A stretch of 64,000 bases of DNA. Source: Octopus vulgaris. Lineage: Eukaryota. Made by a program: the position numbers and the translations under genes. A model generated the notes under the pieces. It was not told the DNA's origin and made no database searches. It saw only the letters and a list, made by a program, of their open reading frames with translations. Shown piece by piece: positions 1-10,177 of the stretch. Each line of letters begins with the position of its first letter. Within the stretch, counting starts at the first letter, position 1. The DNA is taken from positions 19,902,001 through 19,966,000 of the forward strand of contig OX597825.1 in the NCBI GenBank assembly GCA_951406725.2. Reading direction: 5' to 3'.

Positions 1-552
1 CAACTTATTGATCTGTCCAGGAGGGATAGTTGTCACCGGAAGATTGAATAGCTGAAAGGGAAAGATTTTAAAAAAGGGCAAATGTGGAAAAGTAGAATAC
101 AAAATAAAGTGAAGACTTTAAGACAAGATCTGAATAGAATAAAAGCCTGGAAATCAAACACGTTAGGAAACACACGATGCAAATCTCCCCTCGGGAAAAG
201 ATACTTAGTCAAAGAGAAAGGATTTGGGACAGTAATAGAAGAAACAGCGTATCATAGCTGTAGCAGGCAAGCTCTCCAGATATCGGAAAAGAATAGATCA
301 ATATAAACAGAATAGATTATTTGAGACAGACCAGAGGAGATGTTATCACCAAATAAATAGTGGACAACGAAGTAATGAAGATGAAAAACCTAATACAGAA
401 GAGGCTAAAAAGTTCTGGAATAATATTTGGGATAAGCCAATCAATCATAATAGAGATGCAGAAAGAAAGTGAGTGAGAATCAGCCAGATCTAAGATTAAC
501 TAGTGCATTGATGAGTAAAGTTTTAGGAAAAATGCCGATTTGGAAGGGCCTA
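1..552 (+). mobile_element. R4/Dong-like non-LTR retrotransposon fragment (pre-RT region), decayed
   Basis: Frameshifted translation WKSRIQNKVKTLRQDL..IEE..KQRII..KLSRYRKRIDQYKQNRLFETDQRR..KKFWNNIWDKPINHNRDA..KMPIWKG matches the typical R4/Dong region that precedes WKAPGPD. Confidence 0.8.
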
Positions 553-1165
553 AGACTAGTACTGTTTATGTTTCCTTAATACTAAATTGATGGGGATCAA
601 GCATAAAACAGATATTAAAGGGGAGAACTAGTCCCCCTGGAACATTACTCTTTTGATATTCACTTTCCTTAAGAGTGTGTCACCTAAGTATAAATCTACT
701 TTCCATTTTACTTCATGCTACAGCTTCCTAATTCTCTTGTGTTGTCTGCTATACTGAATATACTCAAACATTCACTTATCCCTGAGTGTTAGGTAATGTC
801 ATAGGATTTCCTATAATCTATCCATGCTATGGTTAGATTTTTCTTTCTAGATTTTACTCCATTTAGAACCGCTTTGTCTATATATAATAGATCATGTAAA
901 CCTCTAGCCTTCTTCCTGCAACATTTGTTCTTCTGGTTGTAAATTCTGCTTGTCGTAAATGCTTTCTGAAAACATTCTTCTTAACAGCTTACACACTAAT
1001 GGTAAGCAAGCCGTATTATTATGGTTGCTAGCTGTATTACCCTTGCCCTTATCTTTCATAATGAGAACTATCCTCCTTCTAGCCATCCAATCTGGTATTA
1101 TTACTCCATTAAGGCGATCTTGAAGTTGTTCCCTCAGCCTCCCATATAAACTACTGACTTTCTTT
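553..1165 (-). mobile_element. R4/Dong-like reverse transcriptase core, inverted segment
   Basis: Minus strand reads IPDWMARRRIVLIMKDKGKGNTASN..CLPLVCKLL..NLQPEEQ..CRKKARGLHDLLYIDKAVL..NLTIAWIDYRKSYD..VNIKRVMFQGD*FSPL, i.e. RT motifs with stops and frameshifts. Confidence 0.85.
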
Positions 1166-1340
1166 GCACTGGCTAAAGAAATTCAGTAGTTTATATGGGA
1201 GGCTGAGGGAACAACTTTAAGATCGCCTTAATGGAGTAATAATACCAGATTGGATGGCTAGAAGGGAGACATTGCTCATTATGAAAGATAAGGGCAAGGG
1301 TAATACAGCTAGCAACCATAATAATACAACTTGCTTACTA
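1166..1340 (+). mobile_element. R4/Dong-like RT N-terminal part, colinear continuation of 1-552
   Basis: HWLKKFSSLYGRLREQL..IPDWMARRETLLIMKDKGKGNTASN; near-identical reverse complement of about 1000-1165. Confidence 0.8.
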
Positions 1341-1342
1341 CG

Positions 1343-1372
1343 GTGGCAGTAGTAGTGGTGGTGGTGGTGGTG

Positions 1373-1438
<66 letters not shown>

Positions 1439-1487
1439 GTAGTAGTAGTAGCAGTAGTAGTAGTAGTAGTAGTAGTAGCAGTAGTAG
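1343..1487. repeat. (GTG)n/(GTA)n trinucleotide microsatellite
   Basis: Direct reading; gives the poly-Val ORF artefact. Confidence 0.97.
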
Positions 1488-1615
1488 CTAAAGAGAATAG
1501 AAAGTCCCAGATAATTGACTTTACAATAATATAATTTTACAATTTATATGAGAGGTATAGAAAAAATAGCAAAGTACCAGGATTTAGCGATTGAATTACA
1601 GAGAGTATGGAATAA
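1488..1615 (+). mobile_element. R4/Dong-like restriction-like endonuclease remnant
   Basis: KENRKSQIIDF...IEKIAKYQDLAIELQRVWN matches the C-terminal RLE motif (IID..P...EK..KY.DL..E..R.W). Confidence 0.75.
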
Positions 1616-1684
1616 TTCATCTCAAGAAACATGTTTCTCTAGAAACATATGTTTCATTCAAAATCCTTAAACTACCTTTATTCA

Positions 1685-1980
1685 AGGACCATTTGAGTGG
1701 GATGGGTTACTCGACCTCAAGAAAATTCTAACTAGGCCCCAACTGCAAGTTCATGCGTTGTTTATCTTCATATAAGATCACTATTTTGCTCACATATGTT
1801 TGTGATGCATGTACCTGGTGTACCCTTATGAGACGGGTAGTCATGATAGGTATACCGGGCTTCGTATATTTTTACCCCGGTGTCACTTTGATAATATGCT
1901 CTGCTCTCTCACCCAATAAGAAGAAGATGAAAATAAGAAGAAGAAAAAGAAGAAGAAAAAGAAGAAGAAAAAGAAGAAAA
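1685..1980 (+). mobile_element. Probable retroposon 3' UTR with (AAG)n tail
   Basis: Moderately GC-rich 230 bp block ending ...ctctctcacccaataag followed by an AAG-rich tail, just downstream of the RLE remnant. Confidence 0.45.
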
Positions 1981-2027
1981 TCAACAATATCTAACACAAT
2001 AGATTTAGACTAACACAAAATGACATA

Positions 2028-2044
2028 ACATACATACATAGATG

Positions 2045-2076
<32 letters not shown>

Positions 2077-2100
2077 CAGACAGACAGACAAACTGAGGCA

Positions 2101-2152
<52 letters not shown>
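2028..2152. repeat. Compound microsatellite (CATA)/(CA)/(TA)/(CAGA)/(GA)n
   Basis: Direct reading. Confidence 0.95.
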
Positions 2153-2154
<2 letters not shown>

Positions 2155-2789
2155 AACCTGAAATACAATAAAAATTATATGAATGTCATTTCTGTGTGAA
2201 ATAAATTTTTATTACTAAACGTGTTCATATCTTGATATTTTTTCTCGAGTATATTTATTACTTTTTTATAAAATTTCTTCCGCGGAATACGCTGTCAATA
2301 TTTATTTATTATATGTTTAATGTGGATTTTTGTGCGTGGTTAACATTTTCCTTTTAAATTTGTAGAAAAGCTCAACTCACATACATTTTCTTTATGCCTT
2401 TGTGGTTGTTATTATTGTTTAGTATGTATTATTTCCCCCTCATTTTGACAATGCATAATTGATATGTCCTTAAAAATGTGCTTACATAAAGAAATCTCTG
2501 ACAGATGCATAGGTTGACATTTACATAATTCTTACTGAGGTTGACATTATAAACGTAAGGAATATTTGCATAGGTGACATCCTACTTTCTTTTGTCGCTG
2601 CTGGTGATGAGGTTTTCCTTGTTGCTTTTTTTGTGAATCCTTTGTGGTGTTGTACTGATATTATATTTATATCGAGCGTTACAATAAATATATCTTTCTA
2701 CAATGCATTATAAAAAATGCTAGTTCTAAAATCTAAGAGATCAACGCAATAGTTGTACTGACAAGTAATATTCGTAGCCACTTTAATAT

Positions 2790-2876
2790 GTTATTAAAAA
2801 TGATAATACACTTTAAATTTTACATTTACAGAAGTATAACAAGCAGATTGAAAGCAAGCTAATGTGCAGAATATGC

Positions 2877-2941
<65 letters not shown>

Positions 2942-3480
2942 CATACAGAGAGAGAAACATAGATAGATAGGTATTCAACAAGCAACAATGTTAACCCGTT
3001 CTTACTACTCAGTCGCTTATTTGATTATAATCGACATATAGAAATTATTCTCATTGTCCAGCATCTATTAAATATGGTAATTTACATAATTATTTCGATA
3101 CACTTGCAAACATTTCGAGTCTTCCCTTTGGTAATTATAATCGACAATTAGTAATTATTACAATTCGTTTCTATATACAAGTATTGACATTTACAATGAC
3201 TTTGCTAAACGTGCAAACAACAAGCTCATCTCGTTATCACAAGTCATTTGCTTACGGGACAAAAACGATTTACACAGCATATTAACATTCTTTTAAGAAG
3301 TGCGCAGACAACAATTCTAATATGTTATTATAGTTCAGCTGTTTAGGTTAATGTATGTTCCGATATAAATAGTTTCAATGTTAACTGGAATTCCTTATAT
3401 CATTTTTTTCTAATCCTATCAGAGAAATATTAATTTGTAGTTACTCGTAAGTATAACCTGTGATATAGTTGTTGAATAAT
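2790..3480 (+). mobile_element. Penelope-like element remnant (RT thumb region), second lineage, highly decayed
   Basis: KNDNTL.FLHL..[TA microsatellite]..RLFDYN..YSHCPASIKYGNLHNYFDTLANISS..GIPYI..SNPIREIL..RKYN resembles PLE motifs E.NN.L.FLD / SHHP.S.K.G / LPY...SE.I.RIL.K.N. Confidence 0.45.
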
Positions 3481-3614
3481 TTGTCCCTACATTACATTAT
3501 TCCTAGAGTTTCCAGTCATAAGTTACATACTCTCGACCGTGCAACATACGGTTTTCCGTCCCGCAATACCGACCATGCGGTTACGTAATCTCTCCTTTCC
3601 TTTTGAGGTTCCAC

Positions 3615-5735
3615 ACAAAAATATATTTAAAATATCTCAAATTACTAAGAAACCCATCATCAAATAGACTTCTGCTACCGTTTGAGAACGAATCTCCAAT
3701 GTGATTAAAAATATGTAATCAGAAAATTCCTTAGGAAACACAAACACCACGAAAAGAAACTTTAAAAAATAATAGAAAGATTCTAAATTGCATCAGGTAT
3801 ATAAGTACCGGGTGATTAAGAATAAATTATCTAAACTTAAAATTGAATCATATAAAAATAACTAATATTTAAAGAGCTCCAAGACAAATATAAGCATGCA
3901 CAAAGAGAATCATCACTAAGCAAGATAAATAAAAAGGGCTGCAAACATTTAAGGAAATTGAAATAGAGAATAGAACAAAACTATATATACCTAGGAAACC
4001 TTATGGTCCTTAGGAGAAATTTTCACAATAACGTAACTGTTAGGCCGATATTTCCAACGGAATCTGACATAGGTACAATAACTAAGACAATTATAAATAT
4101 AATAATACAAAATCTTAGATCTTTAATTAAACTTACATAGTGGTCGGAGACAATAGATGATATTAGTTGGTTCAATAGCTTAAGAAATAAAAAAAATGTA
4201 GTAAGATTATACAACGAGATATATCTAATTACTACACGACTATCAACTTAATATTAGTTAACAAATCACTATTACATGCAAAGCGCAATTCGGACTTATC
4301 TAGAAATGAAATTGACAAAATACTAGCCGCACGAAGCACAATAATTTATTATGATATAAACTTATGGATACGATCGGATAGAAGTGATTGCTTCAATATA
4401 ACGAAGGATGGGACCGAGTGACTCGGAGCAAGTCACCGATCTAGACAGTATATATATATATATCCTTTTGTGGTAGAGGTTTGCATTCCTAAACTAGGGA
4501 AGGTGTCTATATAAGCATGATGCCCTCCTCCTAATAGGAAATTGCAGCAACGTGGAATTGGATATGGGAAGAAATAAGTATTCATTTTTTTTTCAAACGC
4601 AGGGAGATCTATAACTATTAAAAAGAACTATAGTACTGAATTTCTTAGATATAACGCTTAACCTAAGTATAGAAATGTTCGAACTTTTCCACAAACGAAA
4701 AGAAAATTTAACGCATGTCAGTAAAAAGTCAAATAATTCGCTTTCGGTACTGTAAAATGTACTGTAAAAAATGCGTGTCAGATAAAACCACAAGACCATC
4801 TGCACACGCTGAGTGCTACAAATAACTAGTGCTGGGTATAAAGACAACATTGAATATTCACTTAATAATAGACTAATGAATGAATATAAAAAATAGATAT
4901 AGAGTTAAAAGGAAAAATTATGTGGATAAGCAAACTGAGAAACCGGATAATGAAATAAGAGATAAGGTAAAAAGTACGGGTTGGAGAAAATCAATGGCAA
5001 TCAATATAAAGGTAAATGTCGAATAAGAATGGATTAAAGTAACCATATGGACAGAGAGAAGAAAATAGCAGTTAAGAATAAGTTATCTGTTAAATCCGAA
5101 TTGAAAATGCTATTGCAGAACTCTGTATAATTATATTAACTCAAAAGTAATGATGACATATTGTTGAATTTGGTATTTGGATTACAGGTCGAATCCAAAA
5201 TTGCTCGGGGATTTTTCTCTGCATTAGATTGACAATTTCCTTGGTCTAGAAGATATAAGATCTTTTACCGGCATAGTGTGAAGTTGTCATATGCGACACC
5301 CCACAGACTAGAATAGTATATGCACAGATTAAATAATAAAAAAGCTAAGTTGAGACTAGAATGCGAAAGCAGAACTCAAAATAGTACAGGGTTGGTAGAA
5401 GATCACAGTGGAGGAAAACATAATATCTATTCTGAAGTTCCCAATATAAATGGAAACATTAGCATGGATGGGAGAAATGACTTAGAAAACAGGAGGGAAA
5501 CAAATGCAGATGGAGTTATAAAGAAAGCAGTCACAAACAACCGAAATAGTAAAAACAGTAGCAGCTACATCAATGCGGTCGATGTGAAACGAAATAGGAA
5601 TAAGGATGAAACTAGAGCAAATCAGGTAACAATAAATGAAATTAAAAATTGCATCTTCAGAAAGAAAAAGCACGCGTGTCTCCTGGAGAATTATTAGTTT
5701 AGAAAGAACATTATATAAGAATGAAAAGGGAAAAT
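3615..5735 (+). mobile_element. Penelope-like retroelement (RT through start of GIY-YIG domain), decayed
   Basis: Ordered motifs: LLPFENE; NFHNNVTVRPIFPTESDIGTITKTI; WFNSLRNK; FNIT..SDSEQVTDL; LYKHDAL (=LYRDDGL); LNFLDITLNL; SKKSNN; FFSALD.QFP..KIFYRHSVKLSY; RKKKHACLLENY*FRKNII (=CNCR..CPL...CL..NIIY). Confidence 0.85.
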
Positions 5736-5901
5736 AACTGAAGCCTTGTATTTTCCATCCTCTTATTATTCATATCTGACTCCAATACAATAACGGGGTT
5801 TCCTACATTGGAAAATATTCTGCTGTAGAGTTACATGTGTTAGTCAATAACGGTATAGCAGCTCTTAAATGCACATTACAAGGCTGTTACCCGAATTAAA
5901 T

Positions 5902-6017
5902 TACACACACACACACCAACCATATATATATATATCAACACACACACACATATATATATAGATATATATCAACACACACACACACACACATACACACACA
6001 CACATATATATATATAA

Positions 6018-6085
<68 letters not shown>

Positions 6086-6087
6086 CA

Positions 6088-6131
<44 letters not shown>
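5902..6131. repeat. Compound (CA)n(TA)n microsatellite
   Basis: Direct reading. Confidence 0.95.
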
Positions 6132-6157
6132 CAAACTATGGTTGCAGAACAAACAAA

Positions 6158-6987
6158 TATAAAGTCATCCACGTAACATTTCCTATCTCGAACATTTAGA
6201 CACATAATGCTTTTTCTTTCACATAGAATATATATGTATAAAATCACGGAAGATGAAATACAATTTATCAGCACAAGCATATAAGAAAAATACAAGAAAA
6301 ATGTGTGAATACAGTTCATCGCGGTTAAAAGTTAACGATTAATACCTTAGCGACTAAAAAATATTTTTTTTAAACATTACAACACCTAGAATAATAAAAA
6401 CATAAAAATATAAAGAAATATATAAATATATAGATTTATAAAACGATATAAAAATATAAATATATAGGAAGCATATAAATAAGTAATATATAGTATATAA
6501 AGTAAGATAAAAGTTCATCGTTTAGAAATTTTTTTCGATTAAAAATTACTTTTCAAGATATGGGAAACCTATAGTTAAAAGCCAATGTCCAAGCAAAAAA
6601 GAAGAAACCATATTTACATTCCCTATGGCCATTTCAGGGGTACATCACTGTATTTAATGCACGAGGGTGCATCAAAATAATTACTCCTTCGTCATGGGAA
6701 AAATAAAGAAATAGACATCACGTACCAGGGCGAGACCTCCTTAACCAAACCTAACACAATATTGCGTGGTTTCTTATTTAAGAAGTCATGCTTAGACCAG
6801 ACCAAATGAAAGAATTAAAACAGTAAAAAAATAAAAAACGTTAAAAAAACGATATTAATGGGTGTATTAAATTAAATTCAACCACGATGGTTTCAATTCC
6901 CTGTAAGAGCTAAATTATTTACTGGAAAGAAAAAGCATTATGTGATTATATGTTCGAGATATGAAATGTTACGTGGATGATTTTATC
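6158..6987. repeat. Inverted repeat pair of about 60 bp (about 6158-6220 and 6925-6987) encoding KCYVDDF
   Basis: gaaagaaaaagcattatgtg..tgttcgagat..aaatgttacgtggatga is present on + at 6925 and on - at about 6160-6220. Confidence 0.8.
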
Positions 6988-7018
6988 AATCACTTTATAA
7001 TTGATATATATATATATG

Positions 7019-7166
7019 TACAAAATAAGGGCAAAAGAAAAATGCTAATGTCAAATATGCCGAAAAAAAGACAAAATTGTCAATAACCATTATAATGGTT
7101 ATTGACAATTTTGTCTTTTTTTCGGCATATTTGGCATTAGAATTTTTCTTTTGCCTTTATTTTGTA
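7019..7166. repeat. Spacer-less palindrome with 74 bp arms
   Basis: Centre ccatta|taatgg at 7092/7093; the arms pair with about 3 mismatches. Confidence 0.95.
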
Positions 7167-7261
7167 AATTATTTATAAATTTAACCTTTAAAGGTATTTT
7201 TTGATATGCTGGCCATTGATAACATTTTTTTTTTCCCGAAAAAAATGTTATCCTACATTAG

Positions 7262-7313
<52 letters not shown>

Positions 7314-7830
7314 TAATAATAATAAATAATATATATACACCGATTTAAAGCAATATATATCTCAAGCTGATTTTCTTTAGTTATCACCATTGAGAAATAT
7401 TGAACGTCAACAGTCCAATTACTTTTGTTGATATTGCGAAATGGAACCGTAAATTCCTTGTTTTAGCGTCATATATCGTAATAATATCCTTATATAAATC
7501 CTTAACTTTGCCAGTAGTCAATCAAGTTGATATGGTATGTATTTTAGCAAATACTAGTTCATGAGGTGAAGGGCTTCCTTCCAAATCTAATATCTTAACT
7601 TCAAACCACTCTGTAACTTTCAACATTGTTTGCTGTTTTCGGCCCTCATTGTCAAAACCAGTATGGCATTTTCATATTCACAGTGGGTTTGAAAACTCAA
7701 ATTCCTATACAGATAGATAGATAAATAGATATCGATAGATAGATAGGACAGGCATGTATATATATATGCATTATGTATATATTTATAAATATATTAATAT
7801 GTGTGTGCGTGTGTTCGTGTGTATGTGCGT

Positions 7831-7862
<32 letters not shown>

Positions 7863-9774
7863 TTGTGTGTGTCAGCTCCACATGGCATAACGTTTCCTGT
7901 GTGAGTAGGACATGTACATCATATCATATGTTAGAAACAGTATAAGAAATTTTTGAAAGATTCAAGATGGCTCCTTGATGGCCCCTATTGGTCAGCACCG
8001 GTCCCGTGGTATTAAGTACCACGTGAAAGTAACAACCGTTATTCTCTTTATTTTAGACTCTCGTCTTCGAACATAATGTTGTTACGAGGCTGGCGCCGCG
8101 TAAGCAGTTGTCAGCTTGAGAGTAAAACAGCGACATCATTTTCTTGCTTTGGGTACACTACACGGTAGCGCATGTCAGTAGCTCGGTCGTCGTTGCGTAG
8201 AGTATTACCACGTCAGCAGCAACTATACACGTGCACGCACACAAACACATCCATTTGTCCTCTAAAATACATCGAGTCGTATGGCTATATGCAAATGTGT
8301 AAAGTATTTGTGTAAATGAAAATCTGACTTGTTGATTTACTGTGCTCAGTTCTAATACGAACGTTCAGATGGAATAACGCAAGGTGCCAATATTGGCCTT
8401 TGTCCGCCCACAATGTATTGAAATGAAACCAGTGATATTTTCTAAGCTAGATTTTATCAGTCGTGGCTTTATATTAAATGTGATATTATACCTACTTTAG
8501 AATAAAATCAATATATTTTTTTGTCAAAATTTTATCGTTGATTTTTACTTACTCCTCCATTTGTCTGTAAAAATGTTTTCCGTTTCTTAATATTTATTTT
8601 ATTTTTATTTTCGTTGATTCTAACAAATATTCTATCCATCGTTCTTGTTCATAATCACTTTAAATTCTTTCATCTATTTAAGAACTTCAATTCACAGGAT
8701 AGAAGTATTAATTTCAACCAATCATCTATTGTAAACAAAATTGTACATATGGTGTTTTAGCTGTATACTTACAGATATATCAAGTTTAATTAGTACGAAA
8801 TTGTAGTTTTAAAAAAAAGGAAAGAAATAAATGTGTTAAAATCGATAAGAAAATTCCTATTTTGTAAACCAATCATACAAACATCAATTTGCTTTGCTTT
8901 GAAAGTGCCTTTTTTGTTTTGTTTTTGCATCTTCTAAAGTGTTTAACTAAAATCGCTGGTGATCGCTTTAAGAATTACAAACAACTATATTTAAAAGAAG
9001 AAAAAAAACACATTTTCACGTTAGACAGTATTGTATACGAAATAGTTAATAGACAGCCAATATATTATTTAACAATTGAAACAATAGTGAAATTAGTTTC
9101 AATTTTGTTAGAACAATCCAGTTGCATATAAATGAATCGAAGAATACATTTTCAAACTGAAGCATTGTTTGTGATAACGTTAGTAATAGTTAAAGTTTGA
9201 AGCATTTTTATACATTTTAGAAGTTAATGGCGGTTTTATTGATTTCAATTGACAGCGAAAATATCCATTTCCATAGTCTATTACTGCTAATGTTTTCTTT
9301 GTTTCTAGAGAGATAAAAGACATAATTGCCGCCTGGCGTAGATGACAAATTTAATTTATATTTTAATACGTACAAAATCAGGTTCTAGACAAGAGACAGT
9401 ATATTTGTTGAATTTACTCAAGAATATTACTTTTTTTTTTAATTTATTGTATAAACCTTGGAGGCTTGATATTTAAGAACGGCTTAAACATCATGTGTGG
9501 ATGATGAGGCTACACAATAACTAGTGATCTCTCATTGTGACCTTATGTTCACAACGGTAATAGGTCTGACCCGTGATGATAAGGCAGCTTCATTAGAACT
9601 GGAATATTTGTTAAGTCGAAGAGATCATCTGAGTTCTTGTAAAGTTCAAATGTGATCAGCAGTTCAGTACGGCTCACGGGTCTCAGATTTCACTGCAGTC
9701 AAACACAGAGATGTTGACAATAAACAGGTCATCGATCTTCTTGGCAGAGACGCACATAACAACATACATCATTA

Positions 9775-10177
9775 GGGGATCTTTTCGGTTTGAACGGCAG
9801 TTTTTAACATAATTTCTAGGTAACAAAAAAAAAATTTAACTTCGTATACTGGTAGAATGTGTTTATAAAACATCTTTTTCTCTTGGCTTTATTGAGAAAA
9901 ATCTATAGTTTGTAAGATATTTGTTGTTTTTTTTCTTCAATTTCTGCAATTTCAACCAATCAGTGACGTCTATTGAGTTAAACAGCATTCTGTGCCGTAT
10001 GAATATGTCCCTCGTTTAAGAAACCGATTGGGTTTATTTACATTTGTGAATAAAAAAAAAATATTCTTCCCCCACCCCTAACTCTAAAAGAGATTGAAAT
10101 GCAATAGATCGATTCTAGGGTCATAATTATAGGTGACAATTTCATATGACGCCGCTAGAAAAAACTGAAAAGATCCC
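9775..10177. mobile_element. MITE / non-autonomous DNA transposon, copy 1
   Basis: Termini GGGATCTTTTC...CAGTTTTT and AAAAACTG..GAAAAGATCCC; second highly similar copy at 54447. GGG termini with TTA/TAA-like flanks suggest PIF/Harbinger (inference). Confidence 0.85.

Noticed and set aside
9565-9687. Possible C/D snoRNA (gtgatga after a stem, terminal inverted repeat gacccgtga/tcacgggtc)
   Set aside because: The terminal D box reads ctca rather than ctga, and I recognise no rRNA guide. It may be a chance 9 bp inverted repeat.
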